Counted from the first letter of the stretch, positions 9,192-19,433 are shown. The stretch is 64,000 nt of DNA from Xanthobacteraceae bacterium (GCA_049286035.1 JBAQBC010000118.1:5028-69027), one strand, 5' to 3'. Numbers and translations: made by a program. Notes: generated by a model from the letters alone, not told the origin.

Positions 9192-11450
9192 TCACGCCGA
9201 AAACACGACTGAAACGTGGATCTCGCCGCTGATCCGCGGCGTATCGAGCGATACCGTCGCGCCGTGGCGTCGCACCCTTAAGTCGACGCTCGAGGACGGA
9301 AGCTGCAGGTCGCGCAGCACGACCTCGTCCAGGAATTCCGGCAGCCGCGGATTGCGCAGCCGGATCTCGGACTTGAACGGGTCGAATTCGAGCCCAAGGC
9401 AAGCTTCGAGCAGGGTGAATGGCGTGGCGCTGGCCCAGGCTTGCGGCGAGCAGGCGACCGGATAGAGCGTCGGGCCGTGGCCGCGCTGGCGCTGAAAACC
9501 GCAGAACAATTCCGGCAGCCGCCGTTGATCCATATAAGTCGCGGCGCTGAACAATCCGCCGAACAATGTCTCGATGGGGCGTTTGGCTTCGTAGCGCGCC
9601 ATGCCGAGCGCGATCAGGGCGTTGTCGTGCGGCCAGATCGAGCCGTTATGGTACGACATCGGGTTAAAACGCGGCTCGCCGCGGGCGACGGTCCGGATGC
9701 CCCAGCCGGAGAAAAAATTCGGCTGCAGCAGACCCACGGCAACTCGCGCCGCGCGATCGGGGGCCGCAATCCCAGTAAACAGAACTTGTCCCGCGTTCGA
9801 CGTGCGCACGCGGCACGGCCGCTTGTCGCCGTCGAGCGCCAGCGCATAGGTGTCGAGGTCGGGGCACCAGAACGCTGCTTCGAACCGTTCGGCAAGCCGG
9901 GCGGCCTCGCTATCGAGCCGGTCCGCCGCGAAGTCGAGGCCGAGCCGGCGCGCGCAACGTGCCGCCATTCGCTTGGCGGCATAGACATAGCCTTGCACTT
10001 CAACGAGCGCGATGGCGCCTTCGGCGAGACGGCCGTCGGCGTGAAATACCGCATCATGCGAATCCTTCCAGCCTTGATTGGCGAGGCCCTGGTCGCTTGC
10101 GCGCTTATATTCGACGAAACTGTCGCCGTCCGGATCGCCTGGCCCGTCGATCCAGGCCAGCGCCGCTTCGATCGCCGGCCATAGCTCGATGATGGTGTCG
10201 CGGTCGCCGGTACGCTCCGCATAAAGGCCGGCGAGCAGAACGAACAGCGGCGTTGAATCGACGCTGCCGTAATAGAGGCCAAACGGCACCTCGCGCAGCG
10301 CCGCCATTTCGCCGCCGCGCATCTCATGAAGGATCTTGCCAGGCTCGGCATCGGCGAGCGGATCGTATTTGGTCGCTTGATAGGCGGCCAAGCGGCGCAG
10401 CACGCCGCGCGCCACGTCGGGTGACCACCACAGCATCTGCAAGGCGGTGATCAAACCGTCGCGGCCGAACGTGGTCGAATACCACGGAATGCCGGCATAG
10501 GGATAACGGCCCTGCGGCGTGTTCGTCATCAGCATTTCGAGATCCGCGGCGGAGCGGCACAGGATTTCGTTGAAGCGGTCGTTCGAGGTCTCGACCGACG
10601 TGCGCCGGCGCGTCGCGTCGCGCACTTCGCGCCGCGCCCTGAGCAGCCCGCGCAAAAATGGCAGCGGCCGCGCCTCGCCCCGATTGCAGCTGACCGCCAG
10701 AAACAGCGGCCGCATTTCTCCGGGCTTGAGGTGCAAAGAATAGACCGCGGCATCGGCTTTGAGCTGATCGGGCGGCGGATCGAAATCGAGCGCGGTCTGC
10801 CTGGTCTTGTCGTCGAGGCCGTCATAGGACAACAGCACGCGGTTGCCGTCCAAGACCTTCGCTCGCGCAGTGCCGCGCCGTTCGCGATGCGCGCCGCGCA
10901 CCTCAAACAAATCGGCAAAGTCGTTCGCGAACAGGATCGTCAGACGAAGATCGATCGGTTGATCGCCGTAATTGCGCAGCCCCAAGCGCTGATAAGCCGT
11001 ATCGCGCCAGATGAAGATAGTGCGCAGAATATGAACGCGATCCTTCTCCATCACGATGCGTTGTCCGTCGATCAGATCGGGATTGGTCAGATCCGCGAAA
11101 AACGCGGTGTTGTCGTCGCGAATATTCGAACCGAGCAAAAGCGGCGGCTTGTCGTTGAGCAGCAGTTCCAGGTGCGACAGGTACCGGGTATCGTCATGAA
11201 ACAGACCGGAGGAACCGACGAAGGACGTGCCGATATCGCCGCGAATATCGAGCACGAGAAACGTGTCGCCGTGCTTGAGCGCGCGCGGCGGTCCGGCCGT
11301 CGCGGTGATGGTGAACGCGGTTTCCGGCGGCGCCTCAGGCAGAAACGCCGGCGCGGTTTTCGCGCCGGACCGTCCGGCGATCTTGCCGGCGGTTTTGGCG
11401 GTGGTCTTGGCAGCGACCTTACCGGCCTTGCCTGCGGGTTGAATGGACAT
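9192..11450 (-). CDS. amylo-alpha-1,6-glucosidase / glycogen-debranching-enzyme family protein with a Lys/Ala/Thr-rich N-terminal tail
   Basis: 752-aa ORF. It has an N-terminal GDE-type domain (LKHGDTFLVLDIRGDI) and a C-terminal (alpha/alpha)6 glucosidase region (GIPWYSTTFGRDG, QGWKDSHDAV, YHNGSIWPHDN). Confidence 0.85.
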   Translation of the reverse strand: MSIQPAGKAGKVAAKTTAKTAGKIAGRSGAKTAPAFLPEAPPETAFTITATAGPPRALKHGDTFLVLDIRGDIGTSFVGSSGLFHDDTRYLSHLELLLNDKPPLLLGSNIRDDNTAFFADLTNPDLIDGQRIVMEKDRVHILRTIFIWRDTAYQRLGLRNYGDQPIDLRLTILFANDFADLFEVRGAHRERRGTARAKVLDGNRVLLSYDGLDDKTRQTALDFDPPPDQLKADAAVYSLHLKPGEMRPLFLAVSCNRGEARPLPFLRGLLRARREVRDATRRRTSVETSNDRFNEILCRSAADLEMLMTNTPQGRYPYAGIPWYSTTFGRDGLITALQMLWWSPDVARGVLRRLAAYQATKYDPLADAEPGKILHEMRGGEMAALREVPFGLYYGSVDSTPLFVLLAGLYAERTGDRDTIIELWPAIEAALAWIDGPGDPDGDSFVEYKRASDQGLANQGWKDSHDAVFHADGRLAEGAIALVEVQGYVYAAKRMAARCARRLGLDFAADRLDSEAARLAERFEAAFWCPDLDTYALALDGDKRPCRVRTSNAGQVLFTGIAAPDRAARVAVGLLQPNFFSGWGIRTVARGEPRFNPMSYHNGSIWPHDNALIALGMARYEAKRPIETLFGGLFSAATYMDQRRLPELFCGFQRQRGHGPTLYPVACSPQAWASATPFTLLEACLGLEFDPFKSEIRLRNPRLPEFLDEVVLRDLQLPSSSVDLRVRRHGATVSLDTPRISGEIHVSVVFSA

Positions 11451-11540
11451 ACTGGGTAAGTTTATCCGCCGTGACAGTCGCGGCTAGCTCGTCGCTCAGC
11501 TGATGATTGAGTTCAATGGCCGATTCATGGGCCAGCCGGT

Positions 11541-11936
11541 TCATGGGCCAGCGCCGCGGATGATGTCGATCACGCGCATACTGACCGAGTCGACCAGTAC
11601 TACATTGCCATCCACCGTGGCGTATTTGAGGTACTGGACCGACAAATCGTCGCCGCGCGCTTCATCCGGCAATGTCAGCAGCGCCGCCGAGCGCGGCACT
11701 GTGGCGCCGACCGACAGCGGAATGTCGGCGGCCGACGTACGCAGCCGCTGTCGAGAAACAGCGGCGTAGATGGCGCGCTTCTGCGCAGGACTGAGCGCAA
11801 TATGCGCCGCAAGACGCGTCGGTGCGCCGTGCGCTTCGTCGGGCTGCACCGCCTGAGCGGCCGCCTGCGGCATGTTGGCGGCAAAGGTGAGCAAAGCTGC
11901 GGCGATCGAGATCGGCAAGGCGATGCGGCCGGTCAT
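11541..11936 (-). CDS. secreted DUF1236-like protein
   Basis: ATG 11936 with a GGAG SD. Signal peptide MTGRIALPISIAAALLTFAANMPQAAA. C-terminal block LKYATVDGNVVLVDSVSMRVIDII is typical of DUF1236 (from memory). Confidence 0.65.
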   Translation of the reverse strand: MTGRIALPISIAAALLTFAANMPQAAAQAVQPDEAHGAPTRLAAHIALSPAQKRAIYAAVSRQRLRTSAADIPLSVGATVPRSAALLTLPDEARGDDLSVQYLKYATVDGNVVLVDSVSMRVIDIIRGAGP

Positions 11937-12026
11937 GCGTGGCTCCGATGGGATGTGCGTGCCCCCGATATGCGTACCCTTTGGCAGCGAACGCGCAGAC
12001 CGGCGCGCTGGTTCACATGGCGCTGC

Positions 12027-12061
12027 AATTTCCACCCCAATTTCCACCCCAATTTTCACCC
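12027..12061. repeat. 12-nt tandem direct repeat x3 in the divergent promoter region
   Basis: AATTTCCACCCC AATTTCCACCCC AATTTTCACCC, located between the DUF1236 gene (-) and the GntR gene (+). Confidence 0.8.
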
Positions 12062-12304
12062 AATGGCCGACGCCAACCCCTCGGGACCGCCGTTCATTTC
12101 GCGATGTGTCGCAAAATCGTGAAAAATCGGGGAAAATCGGAACCGCTACGCACCGGCGTGCCGGAGAGCGCCCCCGCGGCAGTGTGGCGCGATCGTGCCA
12201 AGTGGCTCTGGCATAATGTATTACGGTCGGCTATGAAGCAGGTCATAGGGGCGCGATGGGATCGCGCGCGCTGGGGTGCGAAGCGTCCGTTGCGAGCGCG
12301 TTGA

Positions 12305-13069
12305 ATGTCTTCAGGTGTGCAACGTCTTTCCGTCGCCAGAAAAGGCGTCACGCGCGACGCTGCCGGCGATGATGCTCTGGCTGCAGCAACGCGGCCGCGT
12401 TTGGAACCGATCGACACTTCATTCAGCTTTAAGAACAAAGCCTACGCGGCGTTGAAATCGGCGATCGTCGGCATGGACGTATACGGCGGCCGCAGCGAAA
12501 TTCGGCTCGACGAACGGAGCCTTGCGGAACAATTCGGCGTCAGCCGCACGCCGGTGCGCGAGGCCATGGCGCAGCTTGAGCGTGAGGGCTTTGTCCGTTC
12601 AGTGCCGCGCCGCGGCGTCTATGTGGTACGCAAATCTAAGCGTGAAGTCATCGAACTGATCACCGCTTGGGCGGCACTGGAAAGCATGGCGGCGCGGCTG
12701 ATCACCGAAAGCGCCAGCGACGAGGAGATCGCGTCGCTGCGCCGCATGTTCGCCACCTTCGAGAACGGCAAAATACGCGCGCATCTGGACGAATATTCGG
12801 AAATCAACATCGAATTCCACCAGACCATCATCCGGCTGAGCCGCAACACTGTGCTGGTGCAGCTTGCCGAGAACCTCTTCACCCACATGCGTATGATCCG
12901 CAGGAAAACGATCGGCGAAAAAGATCGTGCCGACCGTTCCATCCGCGATCACATGCACATCATCGAAGCCCTGGAAACGCGCGCCACGGCGCGCGCCGAG
13001 ACCTTGGTGCGCGATCACGCGCTGGGTCTCGCCGACCACGTCGCCAAGTATACCGACTATCTGGAGTGA
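12305..13069 (+). CDS. GntR-family (FadR/FCD subfamily) transcriptional regulator
   Basis: wHTH LDERSLAEQFGVSRTPVREAMAQLEREGFV followed by an all-helical FCD-type C-terminal domain. It sits directly upstream of oxc. Confidence 0.85.
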   Translation: MSSGVQRLSVARKGVTRDAAGDDALAAATRPRLEPIDTSFSFKNKAYAALKSAIVGMDVYGGRSEIRLDERSLAEQFGVSRTPVREAMAQLEREGFVRSVPRRGVYVVRKSKREVIELITAWAALESMAARLITESASDEEIASLRRMFATFENGKIRAHLDEYSEINIEFHQTIIRLSRNTVLVQLAENLFTHMRMIRRKTIGEKDRADRSIRDHMHIIEALETRATARAETLVRDHALGLADHVAKYTDYLE

Positions 13070-13135
13070 ATAAGGGCAAGCGCGCGCAGTGCCCACGAAC
13101 CGAACCTACAACGACAAGATACAGGGAGTTTCGCC

Positions 13136-14872
13136 ATGGCCGAAGCCGCAGTTAAAACGCAACCGGAAACGGTAGAGCGTGAATTGACGGATGGCTTTCA
13201 TCTCGTCATCGAGGCGCTCAAACTCAACGGCATCAAGACCATCTACAATGTGCCCGGTATCCCGATCACCGATCTCGGCCGCATGGCGCAAGCCGCCGGC
13301 ATTCGCGTGATTTCATTCCGGCACGAGCAGAACGCCGGCTATGCGGCGGCGATCACGGGATTCCTGACCAAGACGCCGGGCGTCTGTCTCACAGTCTCGG
13401 CGCCGGGTTTCCTAAACGGTCTGACCGCGCTCGCGCATGCCACGACCAACTGCTTCCCGATGATCCTGATCTCGGGCTCGTCCGAGCGCGAGATCGTCGA
13501 TCTCCAACAGGGCGACTATGAAGAGATGGATCAGCTCGCGGTCGCCAAGCCGTTGTGCAAGGCGGCGTTTCGGGTGCTCCACGCCGCCGACATCGGCATC
13601 GGCCTGGCGCGCGCGATCCGCGCCGCGGTCTCGGGCCGTCCGGGCGGCGTCTATCTCGATCTCCCGGCGAAATTGTTCGGCCAGGTGATGGATGCCGAGG
13701 CCGGCGTCAAATCGCTGGTCAAGGTCATCGACGCGGCGCCGGCGCAAATTCCAGCGCCCGAGGCGGTCAAGCGCGCGCTCGAAGTGCTCAAAAATGCCAA
13801 GCGTCCGCTGATCATTCTCGGCAAGGGCGCGGCCTATGCCCAGGCCGACGATCAGATTCGGGCGCTCGTCGAAAAAGCCGGCGCTCCATTCCTGCCAATG
13901 AGCATGGCCAAGGGCTTGCTGCCTGACACGCACCCGCAATGCGCGGGCGCGGCGCGCTCGACCGTGCTCAAGGATTCCGACGTCGTCATGTTGATCGGCG
14001 CGCGGCTGAATTGGCTGTTGTCGCACGGCAAGGGCAAGACCTGGGGCGAACCGCACTCCAAGAAACTCATTCAGGTCGACATCGAGCCCAAGGAAATGGA
14101 CTCCAACGTCGAGATCGCGGCTCCCGTGGTCGGCGACATCGGCTCCTGCGTCAATGCGCTGCTCGAGGCGATGGGCGCCAAATGGCCGGCGCCGCCGGCC
14201 GACTGGGTCAACACGGTCAAGAGCAAAAGAGAAGAGAACGTCGCCAAGATGGCGCCGCGACTGATGAACAACAATTCGCCGATGGACTATCACGGCGCGC
14301 TCGGCGTGCTGCGCACCATCGTCAAGGAGCGCCCGGACGCCATTGTGGTCAATGAAGGCGCCAACGCGCTCGATCTCACGCGCGGCATCGTCGATATGTA
14401 CCAGCCGCGCAAGCGGCTCGACGTCGGCACTTGGGGCGTGATGGGTATCGGCATGGGCTATGCCGTCGGCGCCGCGATTGAGACCGGCAAGCCTGTGCTT
14501 GCGATCGAGGGCGACAGCGCCTTCGGTTTCTCCGGCATGGAGATCGAAACCATCTGCCGCTACAACCTGCCGGTCTGTGTCGTGATCTTCAATAATGACG
14601 GCATCTATCGCGGCACCGACCTCAACCGCGGCGGCGGCTCCGATCCGGCGACCACGGTCTTTGTCAAGGGCGCGCGCTACGACAAGATGATCGAGGCGTT
14701 CGGCGGGGTCGGCGCCAATGCCACGACGCCGGACGAACTCAAACGCGCCGTCAATGCCGCGATGGATTCCGGCAAGCCGACGCTGATCAATGCCGCGATC
14801 GATCCGGCGGCCGGCAGCGAGAGCGGCCGTATCGGCAATCTCAACCCGCAAAGCGTGCTGCGAAAGAAATAA
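13136..14872 (+). CDS. oxc: oxalyl-CoA decarboxylase (ThDP-dependent)
   Basis: 578 aa. ThDP-enzyme fold with the [29 protein letters not shown] ThDP motif. The N-terminus [29 protein letters not shown] is typical of Oxc. It is followed by frc. Confidence 0.9.
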   Translation: MAEAAVKTQPETVERELTDGFHLVIEALKLNGIKTIYNVPGIPITDLGRMAQAAGIRVISFRHEQNAGYAAAITGFLTKTPGVCLTVSAPGFLNGLTALAHATTNCFPMILISGSSEREIVDLQQGDYEEMDQLAVAKPLCKAAFRVLHAADIGIGLARAIRAAVSGRPGGVYLDLPAKLFGQVMDAEAGVKSLVKVIDAAPAQIPAPEAVKRALEVLKNAKRPLIILGKGAAYAQADDQIRALVEKAGAPFLPMSMAKGLLPDTHPQCAGAARSTVLKDSDVVMLIGARLNWLLSHGKGKTWGEPHSKKLIQVDIEPKEMDSNVEIAAPVVGDIGSCVNALLEAMGAKWPAPPADWVNTVKSKREENVAKMAPRLMNNNSPMDYHGALGVLRTIVKERPDAIVVNEGANALDLTRGIVDMYQPRKRLDVGTWGVMGIGMGYAVGAAIETGKPVLAIEGDSAFGFSGMEIETICRYNLPVCVVIFNNDGIYRGTDLNRGGGSDPATTVFVKGARYDKMIEAFGGVGANATTPDELKRAVNAAMDSGKPTLINAAIDPAAGSESGRIGNLNPQSVLRKK

Positions 14873-14918
14873 GTCGTCTGCGGACGCAACGCAGCACCGA
14901 ATTCGAGGAGAGGAAACA

Positions 14919-16370
14919 ATGGCAAAGCGCAAGAAAGTCGCAAAAGCGAAGTCCAAGGCGGCTAAAGCCAAAGTGTCGGCGAAAAAATCGTCGAAAAAGG
15001 TCATCAATCTGAAAACAAGGAATGGATCGGCGAAATCGTCTGGCAATGGCCTGCCGCGGCCGAGCACCAAGCCGTGGGGACAGGCGGGCAGGGCGCTCGC
15101 GGGCGTAAAGATTCTGGACTTCACCCATGTGCAGTCCGGGCCCACCTGCACGCAGCTGCTCGCCTATCTGGGCGCCGACGTCATCAAGGTAGAACGGCCG
15201 GGCGTCGGCGACATCACGCGCGGACAATTGCGCGACGTGAAGGGCGCCGACAGCCTCTATTTCACCATGCTGAATGGGTCGAAGCGCTCGATCACGATCG
15301 ATTCCAAAAATTCGAAGGGCAAGGAAATCCTCGATCGGCTGGTCCGGCACTGCGACGTGCTGGTTGAGAATTTCGCGCCCGGCGCCCTCGATCGCATGGG
15401 GTTGACCTGGGAACACATCCACAAGCTTAACCCCCGCATGATCGTGGCCTCGGTGAAGGGCTTCGGGCCGGGACCGTATGAAGACTGCAAAGTCTACGAG
15501 AACGTGGCGCAATGTGCCGGCGGGGCCGCGTCCACCACCGGCTTCCGCGAGGGCCCGCCGCTCGTCACCGGCGCGCAAATCGGCGATTCCGGCACCGGTT
15601 TGCATCTGGCGCTCGGAATCGTCAGCGCGCTTTATCAGCGCATCCGCACCGGCCGCGGCCAGCGCGTGCTCGCCGCCATGCAGGACGGCGTGCTCAATCT
15701 TTGCCGCGTCAAACTGCGCGACCAGCAGCGGCTCAACAAAGGGCCGCTGAGCGAATACAGCCAATACGGCGAAGGCGTGCCCTTCGGCGTCGCCGTACCG
15801 CGCGCCGGCAACGATTCCGGCGGCGGCCAGCCGGGCTGGATTCTCAAATGCAAAGGCTGGGAGAACGATCCCGACGCCTACGTCTATTTCATCACGCAGG
15901 CGCCGGTGTGGGGGGCAATCTGCGATGTCATCGGCAAGCCGGAATGGAAAACCGATCCGGACTATGCAACGCCGCCGGCGCGGCTGCCGCGACTGCGCCA
16001 GATCTTCGACACGGTCGAGAAATGGACCGAAACTAAGGACAAGTTCGAGGCGATGGAGATCCTCAACAAGTACGACATTCCATGCGGCCCGATCCTGTCG
16101 ATGAAGGAAATCGCCGAAGAGCAGTCGCTGCGCAAAACCGGCACGGTGGTCGAGGTCGATCATCCGACCCGTGGCAAGTATCTGACCGTCGGCAATCCGA
16201 TCAAATTGTCGGATTCGCCCGCCGACGTGCGGCGCTCGCCGCTTCTCGGTGAGCACACTCAGGAAGTCTTGCGCAAGGTGCTCGGCTATTGCGAGAAGGA
16301 GCTCGGGGAGATCAAATCGTCCGGCGCGATCACTGCGCCGGACAAGCCGGCCAAGGCCGAGGCGGCGTAA
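14919..16370 (+). CDS. frc: formyl-CoA:oxalate CoA-transferase (class III CoA-transferase) with a ~60-aa Lys/Ala-rich N-terminal extension
   Basis: ATG 14919 is preceded by GAGGAGAGG. From [17 protein letters not shown] onward the core is colinear with Frc as I remember it from O. formigenes ([33 protein letters not shown]). Confidence 0.9.
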   Translation: MAKRKKVAKAKSKAAKAKVSAKKSSKKVINLKTRNGSAKSSGNGLPRPSTKPWGQAGRALAGVKILDFTHVQSGPTCTQLLAYLGADVIKVERPGVGDITRGQLRDVKGADSLYFTMLNGSKRSITIDSKNSKGKEILDRLVRHCDVLVENFAPGALDRMGLTWEHIHKLNPRMIVASVKGFGPGPYEDCKVYENVAQCAGGAASTTGFREGPPLVTGAQIGDSGTGLHLALGIVSALYQRIRTGRGQRVLAAMQDGVLNLCRVKLRDQQRLNKGPLSEYSQYGEGVPFGVAVPRAGNDSGGGQPGWILKCKGWENDPDAYVYFITQAPVWGAICDVIGKPEWKTDPDYATPPARLPRLRQIFDTVEKWTETKDKFEAMEILNKYDIPCGPILSMKEIAEEQSLRKTGTVVEVDHPTRGKYLTVGNPIKLSDSPADVRRSPLLGEHTQEVLRKVLGYCEKELGEIKSSGAITAPDKPAKAEAA

Positions 16371-16379
16371 TTTTTAACT

Positions 16380-16404
16380 CACCTCCCCCTGAAAGGGGGA
16401 GGTG
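16380..16404. repeat. REP-like perfect hairpin after frc (terminator or mRNA stabiliser), part of a longer REP up to about 16500
   Basis: CACCTCCCCC-TGAAA-GGGGGAGGTG, a 10-bp stem that starts 10 nt after the frc stop. A related CCCTCCCCCTTTCAGGGGAAGGG unit follows at about 16478-16500. Confidence 0.6.
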
Positions 16405-16512
16405 GCGAGCGAAACGAGCCGGTGGGGGTCCACCTTACAGCGGCCGCGCAAATTTGTTGTGCGCGCGACTCCCACCCCGACCCTCCCCCTTTCAGGGGAA
16501 GGGAAGAAGGTG

Positions 16513-17463
16513 ATGGAGAAAAGGAATTTTCGAATGCGTATCGTGGTTCACGGCCAGCAGGCGTTCGGCAAAGCAGTGCTCGAAGCGCTGCTCAAGCGCG
16601 GCGACAACGTGATCGCGGTCTATGTCGCGCCGGAACGCCCCGGCGCCAAGGCCGATCCACTCAAGGAAGCGGCGCTCGCCGCCAAGCTTCCGATCTATCA
16701 ACCGGACTCCTACAAGAAGCCGGAAGTGTGGGAAGAGTTCAAAGCGCTCAAACCCGACCTTCAGGTCATGGCCTTTGTCACGCTGTTCGTTCCTGAGGAA
16801 TTTCTCAACATCCCGACCCACGGCTCGATCCAGTACCATCCGTCGCTGTTGCCCGCCTATCGCGGCGCCAGCGCGATCAACTGGCCGATCATCAAGGGCG
16901 AGAAGGAAACCGGACTTTCGATTTTCTGGCCCGACAACGGCCTCGATACCGGTGACGTGCTCATTCAGAAAAAGACGCCGATCAGCCCGACCGACACGCT
17001 CGGCACCATCTATTTCGATCGGCTGTTTCCGATGGGCGTCGAGGCGATGCTGGAGGCGGTCGACCTGGTCAAGTCCGGCAAGGCGCCGCGCGCCAAGCAG
17101 GACGAATCAAAGGCCACTTACGAGGGTCGTTGCGGAGCGGACAACGCCAAGATCGATTGGGGCAAGCCCTGGGAACAGATCGATCGGCTGATCCGCGGCT
17201 GCAATCCGGCGCCGGGAGCTTGGACACTGCTCGACGGTAAGCAGGTCAAGATTTTCGATGCCAAGCCGCTGCCGGCCAAAGATCCGAAAGGAATTGGCGG
17301 CAAGCTCGGCGAAATCGCCGCTGTCGACGCCGACGGTTTCACGGTCGTCTGCGCCGACGGCCGCTTCAAGGTCTCGCGCGTCCAGCCCGCCGACGGCAAG
17401 AAAATCGAAGCCGGCGAGTGGGCGAAATCGATCAACCTCCAGGTGAAAGCACGATTCACATAA
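16513..17463 (+). CDS. stand-alone formyltransferase/hydrolase resembling the N-terminal domain of 10-formyltetrahydrofolate dehydrogenase
   Basis: The block GSIQYHPSLLPAYRGASAINWPIIKGEKETGLSIFWPDNGLDTGDVLIQKK carries the catalytic His (HPSLLP) and Asp (LDTGD). An Fmt-type C-terminal barrel follows. Alternative start at ATG 16534 (MRIVVHG). Confidence 0.8.
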   Translation: MEKRNFRMRIVVHGQQAFGKAVLEALLKRGDNVIAVYVAPERPGAKADPLKEAALAAKLPIYQPDSYKKPEVWEEFKALKPDLQVMAFVTLFVPEEFLNIPTHGSIQYHPSLLPAYRGASAINWPIIKGEKETGLSIFWPDNGLDTGDVLIQKKTPISPTDTLGTIYFDRLFPMGVEAMLEAVDLVKSGKAPRAKQDESKATYEGRCGADNAKIDWGKPWEQIDRLIRGCNPAPGAWTLLDGKQVKIFDAKPLPAKDPKGIGGKLGEIAAVDADGFTVVCADGRFKVSRVQPADGKKIEAGEWAKSINLQVKARFT

Positions 17464-17471
17464 TTTGACGC

Positions 17472-17556
17472 GTCACGGCCGGGCTCGTGCCGGCCATCCC
17501 GTTTAGCGAGGCGCTGCCATCCTAAGCGGGATGCCCGGCACAAGGCCGGGCATGAC
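17472..17556. repeat. REP pair: two inverted copies of a ~30-nt hairpin unit
   Basis: GTCACGGCCGGGCTCGTGCCGGCCATCCCG ... CGGGATGCCCGGCACAAGGCCGGGCATGAC. Each arm is itself a GGCCGG/CCGGCC-type hairpin. Confidence 0.7.
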
Positions 17557-17610
17557 AGCCGAGAAGCCGGAAATGTTTCTCCTCCACTCCAACTTTTCAC
17601 GGATTGAAAA

Positions 17611-19308
17611 ATGCCCGTCTCGCAACATCAATCGCCGAAAACCGATATTGAAATTTCGCAAGCCGCCAAGAAACGGCCGATCCTCGAGGTCGCGCGCGAG
17701 CGGCTTGGTATCGCGCCCGAAAATCTCGAGCCTTATGGGCACTACAAAGCCAAGGTATCGATGGATTTCATCAAGACGCTGCAGAACAAGCCGAACGGCA
17801 AGCTCATCCTGGTAAGCGCGATCAATCCGACGCCGGCGGGCGAGGGCAAGACGACAACCACGGTCGGGCTTACAGATGCGCTCAATCACATCGGCAAAAA
17901 GGCGATGCTGTGCATCCGCGAGCCCTCGCTCGGCCCCTCGTTCGGCATGAAGGGCGGCGCCGCCGGCGGCGGCTATGCCCAGGTCGTGCCGATGGAGGAT
18001 ATCAATCTGCACTTCACCGGCGATTTTCATGCCATCACCTCGGCGAACAATCTGCTCGCCGCCTTGATCGACAATCACATCTATTTCGGCAACGCGCTCG
18101 GCATCGACGCGCGGCGCGTCGCCTGGCGGCGCGTAATCGACATGAACGACCGGGCGCTGCGCTCGATCGTCTCCTCCCTTGGCGGCGTCGCCAATGGTTT
18201 TCCCCGCGAAGACGGCTTCGACATCACCGTGGCTTCCGAGGTGATGGCGATCTTCTGCCTGGCGCGCAACCTGGACGATCTGAAAAATCGCCTCGGCAAT
18301 ATCGTCGCCGCCTATACCCGCGACCGCAAGCCGATCCGCGCCAGCGATCTCAAAGCGCACGGCGCCATGGCCGTGCTGCTGAAGGAGGCGCTCGCGCCGA
18401 ATCTCGTGCAGACGCTCGAAGGCACGCCCGCTTTCATTCATGGCGGCCCGTTCGCCAATATCGCGCATGGCTGCAACTCGGTGCTGGCGACGACGACGGC
18501 ATTGAAGCTCGCCGATTACGTGGTGACCGAGGCCGGCTTCGGCGCCGATCTCGGCGGCGAGAAGTTCATGGACATCAAATGCCGCAAAGCCGGCATCGCG
18601 GCCGATTGCATGGTTCTGGTGGCGACGATCCGCGCGCTCAAAATGCACGGCGGCGTCAAAAAGGAGGATCTTAAGGCGGAGAACCTCAAGGCGCTTGAGG
18701 CCGGCATGGCCAATCTGCAGCGCCACGTCGAGAACGTGCAGAAATTCGGCATCATGCCGGTGGTCTCAATCAACCGCTTCTCCGCCGACAGCGAAGCGGA
18801 GATCAAGCTCGTGCAAGACAAGTGCAAGGCGCTCGGCGTCGAAGCCTTGATGGCCGATCATTGGGCCATGGGCGGGGCGGGCGCCGCCGATGTCGCGCGC
18901 GCGGTCGTCAAGATCGCCGAAAGCGGCAAGAGCAAGCTCAAATTCCTCTATCCCGACGATATGCCGCTGTTCGAAAAGATTCGCATCATCGCGCGGGAAA
19001 TCTATCGCGCCAAGGACGTCACCGCGGACAAATCGGTGCGCGACCAGCTGGCGAGTTTCGAGGCGATGGGCTACGGCAAATTCCCGATCTGCGTCGCCAA
19101 GACGCAATACAGCTTCACGACCAATCCGGACGCCAAGGGTGCGCCGAGCGATCACGTTATCAATGTGCGCGAGGTGCGGCTGTCGGCGGGCGCCGAGTTC
19201 ATCGTGGCGATCTGCGGTGAGATCATGACCATGCCGGGCCTGCCCAAGGTGCCGGCGGCGAACTCTATCGACATCGGACCGGATGGCCGGATCGTCGGGT
19301 TGTTCTAG
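17611..19308 (+). CDS. fhs: formate--tetrahydrofolate ligase
   Basis: 565 aa. SDIEI-type N-terminus ([19 protein letters not shown]), P-loop [14 protein letters not shown], and [22 protein letters not shown]. Confidence 0.95.
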   Translation: MPVSQHQSPKTDIEISQAAKKRPILEVARERLGIAPENLEPYGHYKAKVSMDFIKTLQNKPNGKLILVSAINPTPAGEGKTTTTVGLTDALNHIGKKAMLCIREPSLGPSFGMKGGAAGGGYAQVVPMEDINLHFTGDFHAITSANNLLAALIDNHIYFGNALGIDARRVAWRRVIDMNDRALRSIVSSLGGVANGFPREDGFDITVASEVMAIFCLARNLDDLKNRLGNIVAAYTRDRKPIRASDLKAHGAMAVLLKEALAPNLVQTLEGTPAFIHGGPFANIAHGCNSVLATTTALKLADYVVTEAGFGADLGGEKFMDIKCRKAGIAADCMVLVATIRALKMHGGVKKEDLKAENLKALEAGMANLQRHVENVQKFGIMPVVSINRFSADSEAEIKLVQDKCKALGVEALMADHWAMGGAGAADVARAVVKIAESGKSKLKFLYPDDMPLFEKIRIIAREIYRAKDVTADKSVRDQLASFEAMGYGKFPICVAKTQYSFTTNPDAKGAPSDHVINVREVRLSAGAEFIVAICGEIMTMPGLPKVPAANSIDIGPDGRIVGLF

Positions 19309-19350
19309 GGCGTGTGTTCATAAATTGGGATCGATGGACCGCAGTTGGTC

Positions 19351-19425
19351 ATTGTGCGCTTTACCCCCGAAAGCAGACATTCGTCCAGGCGGCATTGATA
19401 TCTGCTTAGTGCCAATAACGGAAGT
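19351..19425 (+). repeat. structured dispersed repeat, copy B
   Basis: TGTGCGCTTTACCCCCGAAAGCAGACAT...ATCTGCTTAGTGCCAATAACGGAAG. It has the same architecture as copy C. Confidence 0.6.
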
Positions 19426-19433
19426 CACGCTTC

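Noticed and set aside
1-11450. The idea that the glycosyltransferase (1-543) and the GDE-family glucosidase (9192-11450) were once adjacent and were split by insertion of the czc, LysR, MFS and PRC genes.
   Set aside because: It rests only on my vague recollection that such pairs occur. The two genes are convergent here, and the MFS and PRC genes look compositionally native. There is not enough evidence without comparative genomics.
13412-15151. 579-aa ORF antisense to oxc/frc. There are similar long antisense or shadow ORFs at 14841-16256, 17503-18726, 28761-29981, 29985-30728, 30777-31667, 33520-34092, 35546-36382, 37861-38685, 53240-54043, 54372-55112 and 57649-58461.
   Set aside because: These are typical high-GC shadow ORFs. 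They are Arg/Ala/Gly/Asp-rich low-complexity translations with no motifs. Each lies opposite or overlapping a gene with strong family signatures.
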